In this document: positions 16,604-24,593 of the stretch, piece by piece
Position numbering within the stretch: the stretch's first letter is position 1
Layout of the letters: each line of letters begins with the position of its first letter
Source of the DNA: Actinomycetota bacterium
Lineage (GTDB): Bacteria > Actinomycetota > Thermoleophilia > Gaiellales > Gaiellaceae
Direction of reading: 5' to 3'
Assembly (NCBI GenBank): GCA_005883245.1
Contig: VAXT01000091.1
Coordinates: 1 to 28,451 of the forward strand
Length of the DNA stretch: 28,451 nt
The notes under the pieces: generated by a model
The model's database searches: none
What the model saw: only the letters and a program-made list of their open reading frames with translations
What the model was told of the DNA's origin: nothing
Position numbers and translations under genes: made by a program

Positions 16604-17719
16604 ATGGCGAAGACGTTCACCGCCGAGGACTTCGGCGCGCGGATCGAGCGAGCGGGTCGCATGGCCGAGGCGGCGGGCCTCTCCGGCGTCGTCGTCACGC
16701 CCGGTGCCGATCTCCTGTATCTGACCGGCTACGTGCCCGTCGCGATCACGGAGCGGCTGACGATGCTCGTCGTCCCGTCCGACCGCGAGGCGGCGATGAT
16801 CGTCCCCGTCCTGGAGCGGCCGGACGCGGAGTCGGCGCCGGGGAGCTCGAACCTGACGCTCTCAGACTGGGCCGACGGCAACGACCCGTACGAGGCGGCG
16901 GCCGAGCTGCTCGATCCCGAGGGCCGCTACGCGATCTCGGACGCGGCCTGGGCGATGCACCTGCTCGGCCTTCAGCGCGTCCTGCCCGATTCCCACTACG
17001 TCTCGACGAGCGACGCCCTGCCGATGCTGCGGGCGGTCAAGGACGCGGACGAGCTCGAGCTCCTGGCCGCCGCGGGCGAGGCGGCCGACGCCGCGTTCTA
17101 CGACATCGTCGGCGTGCGCTTCTCGGGCCGCAAGGAGTCCGAGGTCGCGGCCGACCTCGCCGAAGCTTTGAAGGCCCACGGCCACTCCACCGTCGAGTTC
17201 ACGCTCGTCGGCTCCGGGCCGAACGGCGCCAATCCCCACCACGAGTTCGGAGAGCGCGTGCTGCGGGAGGGCGACATGGTCGTCCTCGACTTCGGCGGGA
17301 TCAAGGACGGCTACACGTCGGACACGACACGCACCGTGCACGTCGGCGAGCCGACGGAAGAGGAGCGGAAGGTGCACGAGATCGTCGAGCAAGCCCAGCA
17401 GGCCGGGTTCGAGGCCGTCCGGCCGGGCGTCGCCTGCCAGGAGGTCGACCGCGCCTCGCGCAAGCTGATCGTGGACGCCGGCTACGGCGAGCGGTTCGTC
17501 CACCGGACCGGGCACGGCATCGGCCTCACCGCGCACGAGCCGCCCTACATGGTCGAGGGCGAGGAACACGTCCTGGAGCCCGGCATGTGCTTTTCGATCG
17601 AGCCCGGGATCTACCTTCCGAACGAGTTCGGCGTTCGGATCGAGGACATCGTCGCCGTCACAGACGACGGCGGCCGGCGCCTGAACACGACGCCGCGCGA
17701 GCTCACGATCGTCGCGTAG
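16604..17719 (+). CDS. M24 family aminopeptidase P / Xaa-Pro peptidase
   Basis: Creatinase-like N-terminal domain; VLDFGG, YTSDTTRT, TGHGIG..HEPP, SIEPG, RIED metal ligands. Confidence 0.92.
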   Translation: MAKTFTAEDFGARIERAGRMAEAAGLSGVVVTPGADLLYLTGYVPVAITERLTMLVVPSDREAAMIVPVLERPDAESAPGSSNLTLSDWADGNDPYEAAAELLDPEGRYAISDAAWAMHLLGLQRVLPDSHYVSTSDALPMLRAVKDADELELLAAAGEAADAAFYDIVGVRFSGRKESEVAADLAEALKAHGHSTVEFTLVGSGPNGANPHHEFGERVLREGDMVVLDFGGIKDGYTSDTTRTVHVGEPTEEERKVHEIVEQAQQAGFEAVRPGVACQEVDRASRKLIVDAGYGERFVHRTGHGIGLTAHEPPYMVEGEEHVLEPGMCFSIEPGIYLPNEFGVRIEDIVAVTDDGGRRLNTTPRELTIVA

Positions 17720-17765
17720 CGCGAGCTCAAGTCGTGAAGCTCGACGACGAGCGCGGGCGGCAGGT

Positions 17766-18467
17766 CTACGGCCGGAGCGACTCGCCGAGCCACTCCGCCA
17801 GGCGGTCGAGGACCGCGGCGCCCGACTCATAGGTGCCGTCCGTAGGGAGGGCCGCCAGCGCAACGGCGAGCCTCGAGCCGACGATCCCCATCTGCCGGAC
17901 CAGATGCCGCCCGTCGGGATCGGGGCCCCAGCCGCCCTTGAGCTCCACGTCCTCGCGCAGGGCCCCGAGCCCCCAGCGCTGCTCGGGAACGACCTGCCGC
18001 ATGCAGGCTCGAACCGGCTCCGAGCCCGGGAGCTCGGGCAATGCAGCCATGAGCTGGACCTGCGCCCTGAGCGACCACTCGGTCTGGCCGAACGGCGTGT
18101 AGCCCGCCCGGAGGATCCGCGGCTCGACCCTCGTCTCCGTGTCTCCGGCGGAGGCGAGGACGTCCTGGACTGCCGCGGCGGCCTCCTCAGGCGGCCCGAG
18201 CCGTTCCCACAACGCCAGCGCGGCCTCGTTGTCGGAGACCGTGAGCGCAGCGTCGACCAGCTCCCGGTCGCGTCCGTCGGCACCGCGCGCCTCGACCGCG
18301 AGCGCGAGCGGCACCTTGATCGTCGACCAGGCAACGCCACCTCTGAGCGGCCCGAGCTCCTCGACCTGCTGCCCCGCGCCGAGCACGGAGAGTGCCAGCC
18401 CGACCTCGCCCTCGACGGCCGCCTCGAGCGCCTGGAACCGTGCCCGATCCGTGGCCGCGATCTGCAA
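17766..18467 (-). CDS. Serine hydrolase of the class A beta-lactamase/PBP fold
   Basis: SxxK (WSTIKVP), SDN (TVSDNEAA), KGG (LKGGWG); TTG start uncertain; no signal peptide seen. Confidence 0.7.
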   Translation of the reverse strand: MQIAATDRARFQALEAAVEGEVGLALSVLGAGQQVEELGPLRGGVAWSTIKVPLALAVEARGADGRDRELVDAALTVSDNEAALALWERLGPPEEAAAAVQDVLASAGDTETRVEPRILRAGYTPFGQTEWSLRAQVQLMAALPELPGSEPVRACMRQVVPEQRWGLGALREDVELKGGWGPDPDGRHLVRQMGIVGSRLAVALAALPTDGTYESGAAVLDRLAEWLGESLRP

Positions 18468-18474
18468 CCGGCGG

Positions 18475-19068
18475 CTAGCGACGCGCAGCGTACGTGGTCA
18501 GTAGAGCACCGTTCCCGGCCACCTGGCCGTCGACCAGGCTCCAGGCCCTGAGCGCGCCGTCGTCCGGAAGAAAGCGCTTGCCGCCTCCGAGTGCGACCGG
18601 GTCGATCATCAGTCGTAGCTCGTCGACGAGGTCGCGCTCGATGAGCGCCTGCACGAGCTGCGTGCTGCCGATCACGTGCATGTCGCCGCCGTCCTCCTGC
18701 TTGAGCGCACCGACCGCCTCCCCGAGGTCACCCCGGAGCAGCGTCGAGGGCTGCCACCCGAGCGGCTCGCTCAACGTCGTCGAGGCGACGTATTTCGGCT
18801 TTGTGTTCAGAGGCTCGGCCACGACCTGCTCCTCCTCGGGCGCGTTTGGCCAGTAGGCGGCGAAGATCTCCCACGTCCTGCGCCCGAGCAGGAAAGCCCC
18901 CGCCTCGAGGATGCTGTCGAGGACCCACTTCATCGTGCCCTCGTCCTCCATGTACTGCATGTGCCACCCGCCGTGCTGGAAGCCGCCGCTCGGATCCTCC
19001 TCGGGCGAACCGGGCGCCTGGGCGACTCCGTCGAGGCTCATGAACTCGTTCACGACCACCTTGCGCAT
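18475..19068 (-). CDS. Dihydrofolate reductase-like (RibD C-terminal domain) protein
   Basis: MSLDGV, LLGRRTWE, KYVASTTL, IGS.QLVQ.LI..DLVDE, P..LGGGKR. Confidence 0.9.
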   Translation of the reverse strand: MRKVVVNEFMSLDGVAQAPGSPEEDPSGGFQHGGWHMQYMEDEGTMKWVLDSILEAGAFLLGRRTWEIFAAYWPNAPEEEQVVAEPLNTKPKYVASTTLSEPLGWQPSTLLRGDLGEAVGALKQEDGGDMHVIGSTQLVQALIERDLVDELRLMIDPVALGGGKRFLPDDGALRAWSLVDGQVAGNGALLTTYAARR

Positions 19069-19101
19069 TTCGTCCTCCTTCGCTCTGTCAGCCGTTGCTC
19101 A

Positions 19102-19128
19102 GACGATCCGGCCGCGTCGAACTCATCG
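19102..19128 (-). promoter_or_regulatory. Putative ECF56/SigG-type promoter upstream of the DHFR-like gene
   Basis: Minus strand CGATGA (19128-19123)-N18-GTC (19104-19102) then TGA; the -35 overlaps the GFA stop codon; followed by an AAGGAGG RBS. Confidence 0.7.
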
Positions 19129-19590
19129 GCCGAGAGCGGCGTCGAGCCGCTGACGGCTCTCGGCCGGCCACAGGGTCTTGGAGTCGTAGTAGAGGTCGAA
19201 CGCCGGCGTCGACTCGGGGAGCGTGACCCAGGGCAGCTTCGACCTCGTGAAGATGTGGACGTCCGGGGCGACCGACGACGGCTCGTCGAGCGTCCCCGCG
19301 CGGACGAACCGAACCGCTGGCCGCCCGTACTCGCTGTAGACCGCGACCTGGCACGACGGGCAGCGGAAGATCGTCTGCGTGCTGCCGTCGTCGCGCGGGA
19401 CTTCGACGGGCTGCGGCTCGCCGGCGAAGAGCTCCATGCGATCGGCCTCGAGCAGCAGGTTGATCACGAACGCACTCCCGGTCTGGCGCTGGCAGTTCAG
19501 GCAGTGGCAGCAGTGCACGAACATCGGCTCGGACGTGAGCCGGTAGCGAACGGCTCCGCAGGAACAGCCACCCTCTCGTGCGACGGCCAC
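19123..19590 (-). CDS. GFA/CENP-V family Zn-binding protein
   Basis: GGCSCGAVRY, HCCHCLNCQR, FRCPSCQ, PDVHIFT. GTG 19590 preferred: TACTGT -10 lies 6 nt upstream, in frame with ORF 19123..19635. Confidence 0.9.
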   Translation of the reverse strand: MAVAREGGCSCGAVRYRLTSEPMFVHCCHCLNCQRQTGSAFVINLLLEADRMELFAGEPQPVEVPRDDGSTQTIFRCPSCQVAVYSEYGRPAVRFVRAGTLDEPSSVAPDVHIFTRSKLPWVTLPESTPAFDLYYDSKTLWPAESRQRLDAALGR

Positions 19591-19699
19591 GGGAGGACAG
19601 TACTCGTAACCACACGCGGATTCCGAGGCGCTCATCCAGCGCTACCTGGGCGCCCCCGCCGGCACCGGAGGACGAGCTCGGGCGAGCTACGCTGCGCGG

Positions 19700-20378
19700 G
19701 TGGCCGATCAGAGCGACACGCTCGTCTTCGTGCCGGCCTGGAACGAGGAGGAGAATCTGCCGGCGGTTCTCGAGGAGCTGCACCACGAGCTCCCGGCGGC
19801 GGACGTCCTCGTCGTGGACGACGGCTCGACGGACGGGACGGCCGGAATTGCGGCGGGACACGGCGCCGACGTCCTCTCGTTCGGCGCCAACCGCGGGCTG
19901 CCGGCGGCGATCTCGGGCGGCTACGGGTATGCGGTCGAGCGCGGATACGAGTTTTGCGGCCGCGTCGACGCCGACGGACAGCACCCGGCTGACGAGCTTC
20001 GGCGCTTGCTCGAGCGCGTGCGCGCCGGCACGTGCGACGTGGCCGTCGGATCGAGGTACGCCAACCGCGGTCCTGCGCCGCTCGATGGCGGTTGCCCTCA
20101 GGCGTCCCTTCCTCGACGCGACGAGCGGCCTCTACGCCGCCAATGGGAAGGCGCTGCCGATCCTCGCGCGCCCGTACGACAGCGCGGCGCCCGAGGTGCA
20201 GGCGCTCCTGCGGCTCCACGAGGCGGGGCTCCGGGTCGACGAGGTTCCGGTGCACATGCGCGAGCGGGCGGGCGGCGAGTCGAAGCTCCGCGGCAAGAAG
20301 GCGGTCATGGTCGTGCTCACGGTCGCGGGCACGCTGCTCACGTTCGAAGGGCTGAGGCGGGCTCGTGGCCGTCGCTGA
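19700..20378 (+). pseudogene. Glycosyltransferase family 2 (DPM-synthase-like), frameshifted near 20061-20064
   Basis: N-terminal half: VPAWNEE, VVDDGSTDGT, RVDADGQH, AVGSR. C-terminal half in another frame (ORF 19578..20378): DATSG..AAN, PEV, EVPVHMRERAGGESKL. May be an assembly artefact. Confidence 0.78.
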
Positions 20379-20901
20379 GCCGAGACGACTCGTGGCTGTG
20401 TTCGGCTACTCCGCGCGCAGCGTCGAGGGACTGCATCCACTCTGCGTGCTGAGGCTGCGTCACGGGGAGGAGCTCGCGGACGGGGCAGAGGCGGTCGTCC
20501 TCTCCGGCTGGTCGAGACACGGGGCGAAAGGCGGCGAGGCCGAGCTGATGCGCGACGCCTGGTGCGGGCCCGACGTGACCCTAGTCTGCGACCCGACGGC
20601 ACGAAACACGATGCAGAACGCGGCGGGGGTCGCCGTGCTCGCGCGTGAGGTGGACGCCGACGAGGTGGTCGTCGTGACGTCGCGCTGGCACGCGCCTCGG
20701 GCAGGCGCGCTCGTGCGGGCGGCTCTTGGAGGCTCGAAGCTGCCCGTTCGCACGTCGTCCCCTCGTGGACGGCTCCAACCGCGTCTCCTCGCGCGCGAGA
20801 TCGCCTGCCTGGCGGCGCTGCCTTATCAGCTGCTCCGCGTCCGTGCGCTTCGCAGAGACGAAAGCTCGCTGCGAGCGTCGTCGAGCCTCCGCTCACGCTG
20901 A
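20365..20901 (+). CDS. YdcF/ElyC (DUF218)-like protein
   Basis: VFGY...RL...VVLSG...EAELMR...ARNTMQNA...VVVVTSRWHAPRA. Confidence 0.75.
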   Translation: MAVAEPRRLVAVFGYSARSVEGLHPLCVLRLRHGEELADGAEAVVLSGWSRHGAKGGEAELMRDAWCGPDVTLVCDPTARNTMQNAAGVAVLAREVDADEVVVVTSRWHAPRAGALVRAALGGSKLPVRTSSPRGRLQPRLLAREIACLAALPYQLLRVRALRRDESSLRASSSLRSR

Positions 20902-22046
20902 TGACCGCCCTGCTCCTGTACGGCGACACCGAGCGTTCCCCTGCGCTCCGCCACGAGGTGCCGATCCCGATCGGCGATCCCTTTCTCTTCGTCGAGCTGG
21001 ACGGGAGGCAGTACGTGCTGACCAGCCGGCTCGAGGAGGGGCGTGTGAGGCGAGCGCTGCCCGAGGCGGAGGTGCTCGACTATTTCGGGCTCGGGTACAA
21101 GGAGTTGGTCGAGGGCGGCTTATCCATCGCGGAAGCGAGTCGCGAGGTCGAGGCACGTGCGGTGCGGGAGATCGGGGTCGCCGAGGCGATCGTCCCCGGG
21201 GCTTTCCCTCTCGCGCTCGGCGATCGGCTGCGGGACGAGGGGATCGTTCTCACCGTCGACGATGCCGCGATCGATCTGCGGCGGCGCGCCAAGACACCCG
21301 CCGAGCTCGACGGGATCCGGGCAGCGCAGCGAGCCGCAGAGGCCGGCATGACTGCAGCGCGCGACCTGCTCGCGCGCGCACTGCCCGAGGACGGCCGTCT
21401 GCACGTGGACGGAGAGCCGCTCCTCGCCGAAGACGTCCGCGCGGCGCTGCGAGCCGCCTGTGCTGAGCATGGTGCCTCGTGCCCTCCAGACGTGATCGTC
21501 TCGTCGGTGTGGCAAGGCGACGGGCACGAGCCCGGCGCCGGCCCGCTCCCGGCCGGGCTGCCGGTCCACGTCGACCTCTGGCCGCGGCACGAGGAGAGCG
21601 GCTGCTGGGCTGACATGGCGCGCACGTTCCTCGTCGACGAACCACCCGACGCGCATGCGGAGACAATCGCCCGGAGTGCTGAGCTGGCCCGGGACGCACT
21701 CGAGCAGGCGCGGGCGGCGGTCCGTCCGGGAGCCCTCGGCCGGGAGCTCTTCGACGCCACGTGCGACCTGTTCGAAACCGCCGGCTTCGCCACGCAGCGC
21801 ACCGCCCAGGGCGGAAGGGGAGACGGCTTCCAGTGGTCGCTCGGCCACGGCGTGGGCCTCGACGTGCACGAAGGCCCGCCCCTCGGCCTTGCGGGGCACC
21901 TCCCATTCGTCGTCGGCGACGTGATCGCGCTCGAGCCGGGGCTGTGGGACAACCGGTTCGGCGGAATCATCTTCGAAGACCTCGTGCTCGTCACCGAGGA
22001 CGGGCACGAGGTCCTCACCGAGTTTCCGTACGACTTGACGCCGTAG
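20901..22046 (+). CDS. M24 family metallopeptidase
   Basis: VDLWP, WADMARTF, LGHGVGLDVHE, ALEPG, FEDLVLVT; TGATG overlap with upstream gene. Confidence 0.9.
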   Translation: MTALLLYGDTERSPALRHEVPIPIGDPFLFVELDGRQYVLTSRLEEGRVRRALPEAEVLDYFGLGYKELVEGGLSIAEASREVEARAVREIGVAEAIVPGAFPLALGDRLRDEGIVLTVDDAAIDLRRRAKTPAELDGIRAAQRAAEAGMTAARDLLARALPEDGRLHVDGEPLLAEDVRAALRAACAEHGASCPPDVIVSSVWQGDGHEPGAGPLPAGLPVHVDLWPRHEESGCWADMARTFLVDEPPDAHAETIARSAELARDALEQARAAVRPGALGRELFDATCDLFETAGFATQRTAQGGRGDGFQWSLGHGVGLDVHEGPPLGLAGHLPFVVGDVIALEPGLWDNRFGGIIFEDLVLVTEDGHEVLTEFPYDLTP

Positions 22047-22128
22047 GCCGATTACCTGCGCGTCAGCGCGTTGGCCGGCGCCCAGGCACGAGATCGTTTG
22101 ATCTCGGCATGAAAGGATCCAGCCTGGG

Positions 22129-23076
22129 ATGACCGAGTCGCCTTCACGCCGCGTCGAGGTCACCGCAGCGGAGTTCGCCGAGCTCTTTCGGGGCGTCAGC
22201 TCCTGGGGGCGCTGGGGCGAGCGCGACGAGCGTGGGGCGCTGAATCGCCTCGCGCCCGAGCGGGTGGTCGCCGCGTCGCGTCTCGTGCGCGACGGGACAA
22301 CGGTGACGCTGAGCTTGCCGATGAACACGAAGGCCGCGGAGGACAACCCCGAGCCCGCGGTGCACTACATGACGACCACCCAGGCCGTCGGCGAAGACGA
22401 GTCGGGGAAGCTGCGGTTCGCGAAGGACTTCGTAGGCGCCGACTACCACCACGACGGCCACACGCACATCGACGCGCTCTGCCACGTCATCTACGACGGC
22501 TCGCTCTACAACGGGGCTCCGGCCGGGGCCGTGACCGACCGAGGGGCCGCGGCCGATTCGATCGAGGTCCTCGCGAACGGCTTGGTCGCCCGAGGCGTAC
22601 TGCTCGATATCCCCCGTCTCCGGGGAGTGCCGTGGCTGGAGCCGGGCGAGCACGTCTTTCGTGACGAGCTCGAGGCCGCCGAGCTCGAGCAGGGCGTGAC
22701 CGTCGGCGAGGGTGACGTGCTCCTCGTTCGCACCGGTCACACCCGTCGCCTCGGCGAGCTGGGGCCGTGGCCGACGGCGACTGCCAAATCGGGCCTGCAT
22801 CCCACTGCGATGCCGTTCGTCGCGGAGCACGGGGTTTCAGTGCTCGGCGGCGACGGCAACAGCGACACCGCCCCCAGCCGCACCGAAGGCGTCGACTTCC
22901 CGATCCACGTCCTGGCGCTCAACGCCATGGGCGTCCACCTGCTCGACTACCTGCAGCTCGAGGACCTGCTGGCCGCCTGCGAACGGGCAGGGCGTTGGGA
23001 GTTCCTCTTCGTCGCTGCACCCCTCCGCATCACGGGGGGAACGGGCTCGCCGCTGAACCCGCTGGCCGTCCTCTGA
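22129..23076 (+). CDS. Cyclase family (kynurenine formamidase-like) metal-dependent hydrolase
   Basis: WGRWGERDERGALN, THIDALCH, RGVLLDIP, GDVLLVRTG, GVHLLDYLQLEDL, GGTGSPLNPLA. Confidence 0.88.
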   Translation: MTESPSRRVEVTAAEFAELFRGVSSWGRWGERDERGALNRLAPERVVAASRLVRDGTTVTLSLPMNTKAAEDNPEPAVHYMTTTQAVGEDESGKLRFAKDFVGADYHHDGHTHIDALCHVIYDGSLYNGAPAGAVTDRGAAADSIEVLANGLVARGVLLDIPRLRGVPWLEPGEHVFRDELEAAELEQGVTVGEGDVLLVRTGHTRRLGELGPWPTATAKSGLHPTAMPFVAEHGVSVLGGDGNSDTAPSRTEGVDFPIHVLALNAMGVHLLDYLQLEDLLAACERAGRWEFLFVAAPLRITGGTGSPLNPLAVL

Positions 23077-23095
23077 GCGGGCCACGCGTCCGCGG

Positions 23096-23695
23096 CTAGG
23101 CGTCCTCGTATTCGTCGTGTCGGCGCCACCACTCATAGGGCTTGGTCTGCGGGTACCCGGCGGGCGAGTCCTCCCAGCTCTCCTGACGGCCGAGCGGCGT
23201 CAGGTCGAGGAACGTCCAGACACTGCCGAGAGCCTCGACCCCGCGGCTCGTCGTGAAGTACGTCCAGTCGACATTGAAGTCGCTCTCGAATGACGAGTAC
23301 CACGGGATCGTCCAACCCATCCGCTTTCGGTACGCCTCGATCTTCGCGATCGGCGCGCGGGACACGAGCGCGAAGGACGCGTCGCGGGCATGGAGGTGGG
23401 CCAGATGGCCGATCTGGTCGACGAACATGGAGCAGCCGTCGCAGCCGACGTCCTGGTTCGGTCCGAACATGAAGTGATAGAGGAGCAGTTGCCTGCGCCC
23501 CTCGAACAGGTCGAGCAGCGAGGCCTTGCCGCCCGGCCCGTCGAAGACGTAGTCCTTGTCGATCCGGACCCTCGGCAGCCGACGACGCTCGGCGGCGAGC
23601 GCGTCTCGTGCCCGGGTGGCTTCCTTTTCCTTGGCAAGGAGCGCCTCCCGCGCTGCTTGCCACTCCGTCTGGGAGACGACCGGTGGAAGGTCCAT
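23096..23695 (-). CDS. DUF899 family thioredoxin-like protein, probable in-frame internal deletion near 23265
   Basis: MDLPPVVS..EW.AAR..LL.KEK, LFEGRRQL, YHFMFGP, GCDGCS, VSRAP, RHDEY; FNVD joins directly to WTYFT. Confidence 0.85.
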   Translation of the reverse strand: MDLPPVVSQTEWQAAREALLAKEKEATRARDALAAERRRLPRVRIDKDYVFDGPGGKASLLDLFEGRRQLLLYHFMFGPNQDVGCDGCSMFVDQIGHLAHLHARDASFALVSRAPIAKIEAYRKRMGWTIPWYSSFESDFNVDWTYFTTSRGVEALGSVWTFLDLTPLGRQESWEDSPAGYPQTKPYEWWRRHDEYEDA

Positions 23696-23729
23696 GGCGC
23701 TCCTTTCAGTGGTTCGTCGAGTTCTCGAC

Positions 23730-24467
23730 TCAGTCCGGGTACTCGTCCTTGCGCCAGGCGCGGGGCTCCTCGGGTTGCTCTTTCGGCGTTCGCTCGAGCA
23801 GGAAGGTGAAGTACGGCGCGACAAACGGGTCGGGCGCCGCCACCGTGTAGGTGTGGTAGACGGTTCCGTTCTCGCGAGCGAAGGCGATCCAGCTCGGGTT
23901 CTCGCGCATGCCGTCCTCGAGCTCGGCCCCGACCTGGTCTGACCACTCCTCGAGCCAGTCGGGCGGGTCGTCGATCAGCTGCTTGATCTCGGGCACCTCC
24001 TGCGCCTGCTCCTTCTTCAACGCCAGGCCGAAGTCGAAGGCGAAGTCGGTGTCGTAGGTGGAGACGTAGGGGAACTGCCAGCCCATGCGCTTCTTGTAGG
24101 CGGTCAGCCGCTCGATCGGCGCCCGCGAGAAGCAGATGAGCGTCACATCGCGGTGATTGAGGTGGACGAGCCCGCCGTCGAGCTCGTCGGCCAGGCTGCT
24201 GCAGCCGGGGCAGGCGCCTTTCGTGTAGGCCGGGCCGAACATGATGTTGTAGGCGAGGAGCTGGGAACGCCCGTCGAAGAGCTCGGCGAGCGTCTTCTTG
24301 CCCCCCTCGGTGTCGAACAGGTACTCCTTCTCGACGGGGACCCAGGGGAGATCGAGACGCTTTCTCTTAACCTCCTCGTCTCGCTCGGCCTGCTCGGCCT
24401 CGAGCTTGGCGAGCTCGTCCCGGGCCGCCTGCCATTGCTCGCGGGTGCCGATCTTGTGTTCGGGCAT
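23730..24467 (-). CDS. DUF899 family thioredoxin-like protein (second paralogue)
   Basis: ATG 24467 with AAAGGAG RBS; LPWV.VEKEY.F, LFDGRSQL, MFGP, ACPGCS, SRAP, RMGWQFP. Confidence 0.87.
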   Translation of the reverse strand: MPEHKIGTREQWQAARDELAKLEAEQAERDEEVKRKRLDLPWVPVEKEYLFDTEGGKKTLAELFDGRSQLLAYNIMFGPAYTKGACPGCSSLADELDGGLVHLNHRDVTLICFSRAPIERLTAYKKRMGWQFPYVSTYDTDFAFDFGLALKKEQAQEVPEIKQLIDDPPDWLEEWSDQVGAELEDGMRENPSWIAFARENGTVYHTYTVAAPDPFVAPYFTFLLERTPKEQPEEPRAWRKDEYPD

Positions 24468-24537
24468 CTCCTTTCCCTCCTGTTGCTCGTGTGAACCGAC
24501 ACATTCGTCGGCTCGGACGCTACCGATCACGAACTGA

Positions 24538-24564
24538 GACGCGCGGCGACCCGGAAACTCATCG
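24538..24564 (-). promoter_or_regulatory. Putative ECF56/SigG-type promoter upstream of the DUF899 pair
   Basis: Minus strand CGATGA (24564-24559)-N18-GTC (24540-24538) then TCA; intergenic and correctly oriented. Confidence 0.7.
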
Positions 24565-24593
24565 CAGCAGGCGCACGAGTAACGTCTCTCGCG

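Noticed and set aside
1480-18340. Very long alternative-frame or antisense ORFs (e.g. 1480..3453, 1737..3485, 3654..5222, 10916..12799, 13702..15162, 16462..17832, 16862..18340)
   Set aside because: They shadow genes with clear motifs, are Arg/Ala/Pro/Gly-rich without family motifs, and are expected in high-GC DNA where stops are rare.
24494-24513. Hexaloop hairpin (CCGAC-GAATGT-GTCGG) in the DUF899 leader as an ANTAR target
   Set aside because: It is a single hairpin and the loop lacks the AxxGxx pattern.
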